Shown one piece after another: positions 24,522-33,751 of a stretch of 51,472 nt of DNA. Below the pieces are notes generated by a model, which saw only the letters and a program-made list of their open reading frames with translations, ran no database searches and was not told the origin of the DNA. Within the stretch, counting starts at the first letter, position 1; each line of letters starts with the position of its first letter. Source of the DNA: an uncultured Pseudomonadota bacterium (GTDB taxonomy: Bacteria; Babelota; Babeliae; Babelales; RVW-14); the NCBI GenBank assembly GCA_964519365.1, contig CAZFHP010000002.1, positions 7,527 through 58,998 on the forward strand. The letters run 5' to 3'. The translations under genes and the position numbers were made by a program.

Positions 24522-24528
24522 CCCAATT

Positions 24529-25794
24529 ATGATTGATAATGAACTAACGGCTAAAGGTTTTCGGGTTTGGGGTATTTGTGCGTTCTTTTTTTTATATGAG
24601 TTTTTATTGCGTACTATTATGGGTACTTATCAGCATCCGGTTATGCATGATTTACATTTAACAACATTTCAGTTCTCGTTGCTTAGCTCAACTATTTTTT
24701 TGATGATCTACGGTTTTATGCAAATCCCTGTTGGCATTATTGTTGATAACATAGGTTTGAAAAGATCGTTACTTATTGGTGCCCTAACCTGCTCTTGTGC
24801 GGCGATAGGATTCTCTTATTCATACACTTATGGTATTGCAATAGCGTTTAGAATGCTTATGGGGTTTGGTGCATCTTTTGGATTTATTTGTTTGCTTATT
24901 TCTGTGAGTGAATGGATGCCCCATAAATACAGTGCAATATTTATAGGGTTATCGCAGTTTATTGGTACCTTGGGCCCAATGCTTGCCGCTGGGCCGTTAG
25001 CAAGTATTTCTAAAGGAAATGCTATTCAATGGCGTTTTGTATTTTTAGTTTTGGGAGGAGTTGGGTTTCTTTTAACCGTGTTGATTTTGCTTTTTGTTGA
25101 AAATGCACAGGAAAAAGCAGGTAGGTATGTGATATTACACAAGCCTCAAAAGATATCGACGTCAATTTCAAAGTTGTTTTCAAGAATTCAACCATGGTAT
25201 ATTGCATTGTTAACAACAAGTTTATACTTTACCATAGAATATCTTTCTGAAAATGAAGGACGCGCTTTTTTGGTTTTAAAAGGTGCCTCTGCAACCTCAG
25301 CTTCTTATATACTTTCTATTGCTTGGATAGGATATGCGATAGGGTGCCCCTTGCTGGGATTCCTATCAGATTTTCTTGAACGGAGATTAACAATTATGAA
25401 GATAAGTGCAGCCTTAGGCCTGGCAGCAATTGTTATAATTCTTTACGCTCCCGGGATCCTTGTTTTGCAATGTGCTTTTTTTGCTTTAGGGGTGAGTGCT
25501 AGTGGTCAAAGTATTGGCTTTGCAATGATAGCAGAAAACTTTAAGCCGCAATTTTTAGCCGTTGGTTATGGTTTTAATAATGCAATGCTTACGGCTTTTG
25601 CTGCAATAAATGCACCATGTATTGGATTAGTACTTGATTATACAAAAGAAGGATCAACTTTATCGTTGCATGAATATTTGTTTGTGTTTAATGGTCTTAT
25701 AGTAATCGCTGTTATTGGATTAATTCTTTCGATTTTCTTTGTAAAAGAAACATATTGTAAATCATCTGTTGATTTTACTATTTTAAAACCATAA
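24529..25794 (+). CDS. MFS transporter
   Basis: The 421-aa ORF has ~12 hydrophobic segments and an MFS-like loop motif (VDNIGLKRSLLIG). It starts 7 nt after the preceding gene. Confidence 0.85.
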   Translation: MIDNELTAKGFRVWGICAFFFLYEFLLRTIMGTYQHPVMHDLHLTTFQFSLLSSTIFLMIYGFMQIPVGIIVDNIGLKRSLLIGALTCSCAAIGFSYSYTYGIAIAFRMLMGFGASFGFICLLISVSEWMPHKYSAIFIGLSQFIGTLGPMLAAGPLASISKGNAIQWRFVFLVLGGVGFLLTVLILLFVENAQEKAGRYVILHKPQKISTSISKLFSRIQPWYIALLTTSLYFTIEYLSENEGRAFLVLKGASATSASYILSIAWIGYAIGCPLLGFLSDFLERRLTIMKISAALGLAAIVIILYAPGILVLQCAFFALGVSASGQSIGFAMIAENFKPQFLAVGYGFNNAMLTAFAAINAPCIGLVLDYTKEGSTLSLHEYLFVFNGLIVIAVIGLILSIFFVKETYCKSSVDFTILKP

Positions 25795-25805
25795 AAACAG
25801 TCAGT

Positions 25806-26195
25806 CTATAAAGCTTCTTTTTTTGTGAGTAGTTGCACAATAGGAAGATCTGGTTCAGGGAAATCATAATTGATGAGATTTTTTGAAGTTACCCAATCAA
25901 TAGCCTGATGCACATTGAGTTTTAAGTTTCCTGAAAAAGATTCGATTTTAAAGGCAACCAATTGCATTGGGTTTCCGTTGTGAAAAAAATCTACAGAGCA
26001 TAAACTATGTCCAATTGTCGCGTGAATAGAAAGTTCTTCAAAAAGCTCTCTTTGTAGAGCTTCTTCTAATGTTTCTCCAGGTTCGACTTTTCCTCCGGGG
26101 AATTCCCATTTATCTTTAAAGGGGTCATTTTTCGCTCGTTGAGCAATCAAGTATTTACCGTTTTTTTCGATTATGGCTGCAGCTACTTTTTTCAT
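25806..26195 (-). CDS. NUDIX hydrolase, MutT-like (8-oxo-dGTP diphosphatase type)
   Basis: The start is taken at MKKVAAAII (an AGGGGGA SD is present). The Nudix box reads GGKVEPGETLEEALQRELFEELSI, preceded by WEFPGGK. Confidence 0.85.
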   Translation of the reverse strand: MKKVAAAIIEKNGKYLIAQRAKNDPFKDKWEFPGGKVEPGETLEEALQRELFEELSIHATIGHSLCSVDFFHNGNPMQLVAFKIESFSGNLKLNVHQAIDWVTSKNLINYDFPEPDLPIVQLLTKKEAL

Positions 26196-26211
26196 TGATT
26201 TCCCCCTTTTT

Positions 26212-28419
26212 TTATCCTGAACATGCCTGTGCAACAATAGTTTCTGCTTCTTCGAGGATACTATTATCAAACCCCTGGTAACGCAAAATATCGATGGCAA
26301 TATGTTGGTTCGAAATGCCAGGTTCTAATTTGTATGGGTATATGATCGTGTTTTTTTGTGTGTTTTTGTTAACGTCTTTTGTGTCGCTACTTTTATCTAT
26401 ATCACCTGTCTCGCTTATTTTATTTTGTATCACCGAGACTTTGTAATTCGCAAATTGATTAGTAACGGTTTCGAGTTTTGTAAGTAGCGGGAAATGTGTT
26501 GCGATCAAGTTTATACTTTTGGGGAAGTTGCTTAAGTGATGTGCAACGCTATATGCTGCAGCTTCGCCCTCTAGTGGCGATGTGCCATTAAAAACTTCGT
26601 CAAACACAGCAAAGCTAAACTCGTTTTCTTTAAGATTTTTGATTTTTGTGATAAGCGTGTCAGTTCTTAGAACTTCTGATTTGAAAAGAGAATTGCCCGC
26701 ACCGATATCGTCTGTGATATTTAAGTACGTTGCAATCGAATGAAATGGCGTAAACGTGAACGTTTGGGCTGGTACTATACCAATTGTTTGAGCCATAATT
26801 AAACATGTTGCAAGTGCTTTAAGAATTGTCGATTTGCCGCCTTCGTTTGGCCCCGTAATAATCGCGTTTGGTCGTTTATTATCAGTGCCTAACGTCAGTG
26901 TATTGGGTACAACTTTATCTGTATCAATAAGTGGATGCCAGAAGTTTTTGGCTTTTATGAATGGGGTTGGTGCATTTGCATAATTTGCAAACGCAAACTT
27001 AACGGGTTTGTATTCAAACTCTTTGCAAAGTTTAGCAAGAGAATAGTATGCGTCGACGCGCCCAACAGCTGCAAGTGTGTCTTCGAGTTGTTCTTTAAAG
27101 TCGCACATGAGGATATAAGCTCGAGTGATAACCCCTTTATTAGAGAAAAGAGATACGCCGTGCTTAAACGTTTGTGTGTCAAGAAGAAGCGAGACGAGTT
27201 GTGTAAGTTCTTCCCCTGTTTTTTCACATTTTTCAAACGGGATTTCAAGATCTTTAAATTCATCAAATTTTGCCAAACCAGGGTGTTCTTTAATTGTTTC
27301 ATAAAGAAGTTTTGTTGCTTCCATACTTCTTGCCGCAGCAATAAGAAGCTTTTGCAAGCATTTTTCAAAATTGATACAATCACGCGCCCATACAAATTGT
27401 TGTTTCGCTTGATAGGTGCACATAGTGCTTCCAATGAGAGCGATTATTGTATGGAGAATTCGATTTGTACTTAACTTCCAAAGAAAACCAAAAGCAGGGT
27501 TAGGGCTCCCGCTGTAGCTATTGGCCCACTCTTGAAGTGTGGGAGGCATGTCAATAAAATTTGTTGCCCGTACAAGTCCGTAACCAAGAAGTGTTGCTGC
27601 AGCAAGCGATGTTCCGAAAGCGCCACAGATATTCATTTGATGCTTTGTTATGCTTTTGATAAGTAGCGGTATATCATGGTTGTCAAGTGTTTGTATGTGT
27701 GGGATTTTAAACTCGAGGTCTCCTAAAAACTGCCTGAATGAGTTATGTTTATTCCAAAAAGACAGGACGATATTTTCGTTGGTTTTTAATTCTGAAAAAA
27801 TCGACTCAAAAACACACGTAAGATCATCATCTTCTAAAAAATCAGAAAATGCTTTGATAATGTTTTGGCGTTGTTTAAGTTTTTGTGTATCAATTGTTGG
27901 TTGCGCGAGTAGCCAGTACAGACTGATGGTTCCATACTCTGTATGTGTATTGTCAAGAACGTTTGCCAAAAATTTTGTTGGGTCACTTTTTCCATCCGGG
28001 TCAACTTTTCCGCAAAATAGTTGGAGATCTTGCCATGTGGCTTGATCATCGAGAGTCAAAGATGTGTCTAGTTTTTTTCTTTTTTCAACTTCTAAGAAAA
28101 GATTATAGGCATAGTATCTTTTTGTTCGGTTCGTTGGATTGAGTGTATGTTTCATGTAGGCTTCAAGAAATTCTGCAAACGAGTTGCAGGCCCATGTATC
28201 ATCTTGCCAGGGATATGATTGCATGTTAATGTCGGATATTTTTTGCAATGGCGAGCGTGGTACTTTTTCTTCGTCTATTTTTTTTTTTTGTTTTTCTTCG
28301 AGCTTCTCTTGTTGTGCGTGTTCTGGCTTTTCTGTGCTTTTGCTAAAAACCGGCGTGATGAGAAGTGTAAGTAGTGCGCCAAGAAATACGCTGTGGACTT
28401 TGATCTTTTGCTTTCCCAT
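26212..28419 (-). CDS. MutS-related ATPase (core + domain V only) with an N-terminal signal/anchor and internal hydrophobic segments
   Basis: Walker A is GPNEGGKSTILKA and Walker B is FAVFDEVFNGTSP. A core-domain pattern (T.YGT..LYWLL.QP..D...L..RQN.I) is present. The N-terminus reads MGKQKIKVHSVFLGALLTLLITPVFS. Confidence 0.8.
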   Translation of the reverse strand: MGKQKIKVHSVFLGALLTLLITPVFSKSTEKPEHAQQEKLEEKQKKKIDEEKVPRSPLQKISDINMQSYPWQDDTWACNSFAEFLEAYMKHTLNPTNRTKRYYAYNLFLEVEKRKKLDTSLTLDDQATWQDLQLFCGKVDPDGKSDPTKFLANVLDNTHTEYGTISLYWLLAQPTIDTQKLKQRQNIIKAFSDFLEDDDLTCVFESIFSELKTNENIVLSFWNKHNSFRQFLGDLEFKIPHIQTLDNHDIPLLIKSITKHQMNICGAFGTSLAAATLLGYGLVRATNFIDMPPTLQEWANSYSGSPNPAFGFLWKLSTNRILHTIIALIGSTMCTYQAKQQFVWARDCINFEKCLQKLLIAAARSMEATKLLYETIKEHPGLAKFDEFKDLEIPFEKCEKTGEELTQLVSLLLDTQTFKHGVSLFSNKGVITRAYILMCDFKEQLEDTLAAVGRVDAYYSLAKLCKEFEYKPVKFAFANYANAPTPFIKAKNFWHPLIDTDKVVPNTLTLGTDNKRPNAIITGPNEGGKSTILKALATCLIMAQTIGIVPAQTFTFTPFHSIATYLNITDDIGAGNSLFKSEVLRTDTLITKIKNLKENEFSFAVFDEVFNGTSPLEGEAAAYSVAHHLSNFPKSINLIATHFPLLTKLETVTNQFANYKVSVIQNKISETGDIDKSSDTKDVNKNTQKNTIIYPYKLEPGISNQHIAIDILRYQGFDNSILEEAETIVAQACSG

Positions 28420-28460
28420 ACGGAGCTCCTGTATAGTTTTCGAGTGTTTATATTTGAAAA

Positions 28461-29819
28461 TTACTTTTTGTTTTTTAGCGAGTGTGCATAATCACGAAAC
28501 GATGGTTGTGTATCCCAAATGCTTTGTTTAAGTTCTTTGAGTATACTGTTAGGCAGAGAGCTTTGGGCTTTTTGCTTGTGACCGTTATGCTTAAAGAGCG
28601 TTGCCGTAAGGCAATTATCTTCTTGTTGTAAGTTTACATCTATAGCATTTAAATTATTTTTTTGCAAAAGAGCAATAAGCATAGGAGTAAAAACGACAAT
28701 TGGAAGAGGTGCAAATGGTGTATCGTATGGGCTCCAACAAACACACCAAAAGTCTGCATGGGTTGGGTCCTCTGGATATTTGCTTATAAGTTTCCCCCCG
28801 CGTAATGGAGCTTTAAGTTTTAGTTTATGTTTTGACGAAGTGTTATTTTTGGACCGATTGACCATAATTTTACTTTGAATAATCTGATTGCCAGAATTTT
28901 TATAGCACGTTGTTGCGATGCGTTGCCGACTATATCGATATTGTGTAGAAATAAAGTCTGCAGCTTGGATAGTATCGTTTTCAGAATAAAAATTATAAAC
29001 GTTTTTAAAGAATGGCGAGAAGAAAAGACATTCTGTTTCAAACTGAATAGGTGTTGCATAGAGTATGAGTTCGTCAATATGCCATGGTTCTGAATGCTCT
29101 TGTAAGTCGAAAGAATTTTTTTGAGCGTGTAATAGTTTTTGCATTGCTTTATGTGATGCGTGCATTGCAGGATAGTCATGTATACTGTTTGTTACACATG
29201 CATGAACTGATGCTAAATTCGCTCCGACATTTCCTCCATGGCTATGACAAATTACTCGAACTTTGGGCTCGATATTTTTTTTGCGATATGCCTGAATTTC
29301 TTTGCTAAGTTCGGTATAAAGCTTGATCGCCTCTTTTCTTCGCTCGGTTTGGCTAAGTAGTCCGCTCCAACCAAATAAGTAAAACACGTGCTTGTGACTG
29401 TTATTTGATTTTCTTACTGTTTGTTCGATGTAATTATCTACACGATCGTATGCATTAACCAGTGTTTGAATAATAGCATCATGTTTTGTAAGAGTATATG
29501 ATTTGTGGGATAACGTTTGGACGTTAATTAATCCACAATCACTCATAAGACGGTCAGAGTAAAAAAAGTCACGTTTTCGTACGTCGGAGATAATTTTTTT
29601 GTAAAGTGTTTGCCCTGGAGAGTCTGTAAAGGTGCTGATAGGGTTTACAGCCCCTAAAAACGAGCCATAGCTGCCATGAACAAATATTGTGATCCAGAGT
29701 TCTTGTTTTTGCTTTTTTTCTAAGTTTTGAGTCATGTGTTTTATGCTTTTGCTTGACAGCGGGCAAAATATGTTTATCAAAAATAAAACAATAGTACATG
29801 TTGTACGGGAAAAATGCAT
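28461..29819 (-). CDS. Secreted alpha/beta-fold lipase/esterase-like protein, paralogue 1
   Basis: A signal peptide is present. The oxyanion-type motif is WITIFVHGSYG and the nucleophile elbow is ICHSHGGNV. Confidence 0.65.
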   Translation of the reverse strand: MHFSRTTCTIVLFLINIFCPLSSKSIKHMTQNLEKKQKQELWITIFVHGSYGSFLGAVNPISTFTDSPGQTLYKKIISDVRKRDFFYSDRLMSDCGLINVQTLSHKSYTLTKHDAIIQTLVNAYDRVDNYIEQTVRKSNNSHKHVFYLFGWSGLLSQTERRKEAIKLYTELSKEIQAYRKKNIEPKVRVICHSHGGNVGANLASVHACVTNSIHDYPAMHASHKAMQKLLHAQKNSFDLQEHSEPWHIDELILYATPIQFETECLFFSPFFKNVYNFYSENDTIQAADFISTQYRYSRQRIATTCYKNSGNQIIQSKIMVNRSKNNTSSKHKLKLKAPLRGGKLISKYPEDPTHADFWCVCWSPYDTPFAPLPIVVFTPMLIALLQKNNLNAIDVNLQQEDNCLTATLFKHNGHKQKAQSSLPNSILKELKQSIWDTQPSFRDYAHSLKNKK

Positions 29820-29925
29820 GAGTTGCTTTCAAGAAGATGCTAAAGTTGCTAAATCTTACGTTAAGCATTTTATCTCTTGATAAGAGAGAATACAAGTTGT
29901 GTACGTTTAAAACAAAAAATAGTAT

Positions 29926-31218
29926 TTATCTTGACCATAACTTCGAACGAAGGGAACTTAATCTTGAACGAGCAGAATGTAATGCCCCTCCCAACTTTGA
30001 ACGAACTGTTGTGAATTTTTTATGAACAGAGTCTGCAAAAGATTCTTTTGTTTGCCAAACGAAATTTTTTGCCCGTTGGAATATTTTCCCAGGCAACATA
30101 TAAAGTGCATGGATTTTGCTTTTATTGTGCTCGCAAGCTGTTGCAATTAGATGTCCTGCTTGTTGATCTTGTGTTAATGTCATATCAATATCGTCGCAAG
30201 GGCTTTGACTTGATACCATTGTAAGTACAGGAGTTAAAAGAGCAATCGGAAGAATCCAATCATTATCCCAATAAGCATTCCAATAGTCAGCATGGGCTAG
30301 ACCATTAGGATCATGCAAGGGCAAACCACCACGCAGGATCACTGCAAGTTTAGAAAAATAAGCTTGTTGTTCTTTTTTATCGCCATTATTAATGGTGATT
30401 TTTGTTTGAACAACTCGATTAACTGGAACTTTATGTTCTGGCTTTTCTATACGATGGCGGCTTATAAAAGATGGATCGAGTGCAAAGAGAAAAGATGGGT
30501 CTGCTACTTGTATAATATCCTTGAAAGAGTAAACATGATGTACTGTTCTAAAAAATGGTGAAAAGAAGAATTTTTCTGTTGCCTCTTGAATGGGGGTTCC
30601 ATAAAGGACTAGTTCGTCGATAGACCAATTACTATAAGCGTATGACGTATGGATAGGAACCATTTTTGCGCAGACGTTTCCTCCATGACTATGTGCAATA
30701 ATACGAATGCGCGGGAAAACGCCATATTGTTTGTGATGCGCGATTCGTTCTTTGTTTAATTTTTGATAAAGTTTTTGGGCTGCTTGTGTTCGAGCAGCGT
30801 CGCTCAGGGTGCCGTCCCAATTAAAAAGATAACAGGTATGTTTTGCGTGTGGGTCGGTTTGATATGCGATTGTTTCGTATGCATATATAAGTGCTAAGAG
30901 CCTTTTATTGTGCATAGACGTTGGTAAAATAGAGTCGACTTTAACAAGTCCTTTGTCACTCATTAGAGCATTTGCGAAAAAAGGGATTTTGTTTCTAAGA
31001 AATTGGACAATTCTTTGGGGAACAAACTTTGGGAAAATACCATGTGTTCCATGAACAAAGACAGTAATCCAGTGTTCTTGTGGTTTTTCTTGCGTAGATA
31101 TTTCTTGAGCGGTTTGTTTAGCAAGTGTTTGTGGAGTATCTGGTAATAAAATGCTTGATTGTATAAGTAAACTAACAGCAAGTATGTGAAATTTAAATAA
31201 TTTACGTAAAAGCTTCAT
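29926..31218 (-). CDS. Secreted alpha/beta-fold lipase/esterase-like protein, paralogue 2
   Basis: A signal peptide is present. The motifs are WITVFVHGTHG and IIAHSHGGNV, and the protein is collinear with paralogue 1. Confidence 0.65.
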   Translation of the reverse strand: MKLLRKLFKFHILAVSLLIQSSILLPDTPQTLAKQTAQEISTQEKPQEHWITVFVHGTHGIFPKFVPQRIVQFLRNKIPFFANALMSDKGLVKVDSILPTSMHNKRLLALIYAYETIAYQTDPHAKHTCYLFNWDGTLSDAARTQAAQKLYQKLNKERIAHHKQYGVFPRIRIIAHSHGGNVCAKMVPIHTSYAYSNWSIDELVLYGTPIQEATEKFFFSPFFRTVHHVYSFKDIIQVADPSFLFALDPSFISRHRIEKPEHKVPVNRVVQTKITINNGDKKEQQAYFSKLAVILRGGLPLHDPNGLAHADYWNAYWDNDWILPIALLTPVLTMVSSQSPCDDIDMTLTQDQQAGHLIATACEHNKSKIHALYMLPGKIFQRAKNFVWQTKESFADSVHKKFTTVRSKLGGALHSARSRLSSLRSKLWSR

Positions 31219-31418
31219 GAGTCCCCCGGTTTGTTAACAAAATAGAGATAACATCCATTTTTTCATTTTTTTAAGAGTGCTTTTTTAAGCATACTTTATT
31301 ATAGCTGGTTTAAGCACATGAGTAAAACGGTCCCATTTCTACAGGCTTTTAGTGAGCACTTATTACAGTTCGTAAATTTTTATATTAGCCTCTGTGTGAC
31401 TACCAAGGGCCGTGCCCG

Positions 31419-31462
31419 ACGAAGCTCCGTCCTGGGCAACGAAGCCGCCTGGGCGTAGATGG
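31419..31462. repeat. Third locus of the GC-rich repeat family (one and a half units)
   Basis: The string cgaagccgcctgggcgtag at 31439-31457 matches copy 1 (cgaagccacctgggcgtag) at 18 of 19 positions. A degenerate half unit (cgaagctccgtcctgggca) precedes it at 31419-31437. Confidence 0.6.
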
Positions 31463-31485
31463 TTCAAACAACAATTTCCGTGTAT

Positions 31486-33387
31486 TTACTTTAAGACGAC
31501 AACATGAGAGCTCTTGTTTTTATTGCTCATGGGATAAACTTTTTCGCCTGTTTTCCAGTTAATCGTTACTTCTTGAAGCCCTGGATCAAAGTAAAACTGT
31601 TTTTTGTTGGTCGTTATACTTTGTGTAAAATGTAACCAGATGGGAAAGACTATTTGATTTGCATAGACATAGCGGCCCATTGGTTTGTTATCATCCCGTC
31701 CTAGGTAAACAGCTGTTGTGAGTTCTGGGGTTGAGCCAAGAAACCAGGTTGTTGTTGCACCGTTATTTGCTCCCGTTTTGCCAATAGCTTCGGTATCGAT
31801 CCACTTTTCATGACGGAAGAAATTTTTTGCTCGTTTTATACGATATGAAAGAGCTTTGAGCATTTTGGCATTTGTTTTAGGATCAAGGACCCGATGGCTT
31901 TCTGGTTTATAGGCCCATATCTTGCGTCCCCATTCGTTACGTACCCATTCAATAAGAAACGGTTTTACGTATACGCCGTTATTGGCAAATGTATTAAACG
32001 CTGCGGCGTTTTCTTCTACTGATGCATGGGCTGTACCTAAAGCAAGTGATGGATATGGATAGAGCTCTCGCGTAATATTAAAGCGTTTTGCCATAGAAAT
32101 TAATCGTTGGACACCAACTTCAAGTAAAAGTTTAACGGCAATAATATTATTCGAAAAAGTAAGTGCTCTGACAAGAGTCATGGGGCCTTCAAATGTTCGG
32201 GTCCAGTTTCTGGGCTTGTAAACACTTTTATCTTGTGACTCTATTTCGATGGGTTCGTCAACAAAAACGCTGTCCATGTCAAATCCTGATGTTAAAGCGA
32301 GCGCATAAAGAATGGGTTTAAACGAAGAGCCAATTTGGCGATATGCCTGAAATGCCCTGTTAAACTGGGACATTCTAAAGTCACTCCCGCCGATCAGTGT
32401 TTTGATTTTTCCTGACGTGACGTCTATTGACATCATGCCACCATTAACTTCAGGACTAATTTTTTTATGAACGTTTTGAATCATATCGCTAAAAGACTTC
32501 TCTGCATGTTTTTGCATCTCTTGATTTATAGTAGTCTTGATTTTAAGCCCTTTGGTGTACAGTGCTTGTTTGCCCCATTTTTGTTCGGCCCATGCTCTGA
32601 CCCATTCTTGAATGTACAGTCGAATAGGGTTGCCGGGAATGTGATCCTCTATAATCAGAGGTAGTTTTTTTGTTTGTTTAAATTCTTTTTGTGTCAGGTA
32701 TCCCAAATTTCTCATGCTACGCAAAATAATATTTCGTCTTTTACGTGCTGTTAATGGTGCATTAAGTGGTGAATAAAAGCGAGCGGATTTTGCAACAGCA
32801 GCAAGTGTTGCGGCTTCGTCTAATGTTATGTTTTCAATAGATTTGTTCCAGAATCGCTTACACGCTGCTTGTACGCCGTAAATTCCCCGTCCGAAGTACA
32901 TATTATTTAAATATAACTCTAGAATTTGGGGTTTGGTTAACTGGCGCTCTAGGTGTAAAGCTAATATAGCTTCTTTGAATTTCCGTAAAAACGTCCGTTC
33001 TTGTGTTAAGAACATTAAACGTGCTACTTGTTGCGTGATTGTACTAGCGCCTTGAACGACGCGTCTGTAATATAAATTTACAAGAGCTGAGCGAATTATT
33101 CCCTTGATAGAAATCCCGTGATGTGAGAAAAATTTATGGTCTTCAGCTGCTGTAAACGCTTTTATGACAACATCTGGAATTTGAGCGTATGTTATTGGAG
33201 TTCGTTTATCAAGGGCAAACCGTGCGAGTTCTTTGCCTTGGTCATCTAAAATAATAGATGGTTTGGTTGTAACGAATTTTTCCAGGGCAGAAAAATCACG
33301 CACTTCGTTTTCAAGTACGTAAACAAACGCTCCAGCAAAGCCGCAGGATATGAGAAGAAAAAATATTGACAGCCAGCGTATGATCAT
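31486..33387 (-). CDS. mrcA: Class A penicillin-binding protein (PBP1A-type transglycosylase/transpeptidase)
   Basis: The glycosyltransferase motifs are AAEDHKFFSHHGI, GASTITQQ and RKFKE. The transpeptidase motifs are SSFKP (SxxK), SNN and KTG. Confidence 0.9.
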   Translation of the reverse strand: MIIRWLSIFFLLISCGFAGAFVYVLENEVRDFSALEKFVTTKPSIILDDQGKELARFALDKRTPITYAQIPDVVIKAFTAAEDHKFFSHHGISIKGIIRSALVNLYYRRVVQGASTITQQVARLMFLTQERTFLRKFKEAILALHLERQLTKPQILELYLNNMYFGRGIYGVQAACKRFWNKSIENITLDEAATLAAVAKSARFYSPLNAPLTARKRRNIILRSMRNLGYLTQKEFKQTKKLPLIIEDHIPGNPIRLYIQEWVRAWAEQKWGKQALYTKGLKIKTTINQEMQKHAEKSFSDMIQNVHKKISPEVNGGMMSIDVTSGKIKTLIGGSDFRMSQFNRAFQAYRQIGSSFKPILYALALTSGFDMDSVFVDEPIEIESQDKSVYKPRNWTRTFEGPMTLVRALTFSNNIIAVKLLLEVGVQRLISMAKRFNITRELYPYPSLALGTAHASVEENAAAFNTFANNGVYVKPFLIEWVRNEWGRKIWAYKPESHRVLDPKTNAKMLKALSYRIKRAKNFFRHEKWIDTEAIGKTGANNGATTTWFLGSTPELTTAVYLGRDDNKPMGRYVYANQIVFPIWLHFTQSITTNKKQFYFDPGLQEVTINWKTGEKVYPMSNKNKSSHVVVLK

Positions 33388-33751
33388 GGTTATTTATGGG
33401 GTGTAAGGGGTTAAAATTTGTAACGTATGGTTTATGGCGAATCCCATGTTATTTTATAGCATAATTTATTTTTACACAAAATGAGTTGTAGAGGCAGGGT
33501 AATTTTGGTGAACAACTTTTATTCGTGCAATATGGAGGTTATTGTTCCAAATTGCACGGTTGCGAAATCTTAAAATGATGAGGGCTGTGGTTTTAGGGTT
33601 AAGTAAAAAGAAAAACATTGCCAGTCAGCGTGTAATCGTTATTCTATTACAAGTACATAAAGCATATATTTTTCTTAGCATAACATGAGCTTATGTTACA
33701 CTTAGTATCGTGTTGCTTTATTTTTTTCTAGGCAAGAGGATTTGAAGATCT

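Noticed and set aside
26935-27474. Antisense or shadow ORFs inside long genes (26935-27474, 26955-27434, 27650-28045, 46846-47388, 48936-49610, 23957-24400, 41635-42096, 37923-38258, 38304-38603 and others)
   Set aside because: They lie wholly within better-supported genes on the opposite strand or in another frame. They have Phe/Cys/Ser-rich low-complexity composition typical of antisense Lys/Glu-rich coding, and no motifs or SD.
33524-33558. 8-bp inverted repeat CGTGCAAT-n19-ATTGCACG upstream of PBP1A, and several short AT-rich palindromes (for example 35558-35569 AACGTATACGTT, 34560-34580)
   Set aside because: They are short and have no conserved partner or clear positional logic (no promoter overlap shown, weak stems). 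They are expected by chance in AT-rich intergenic DNA.
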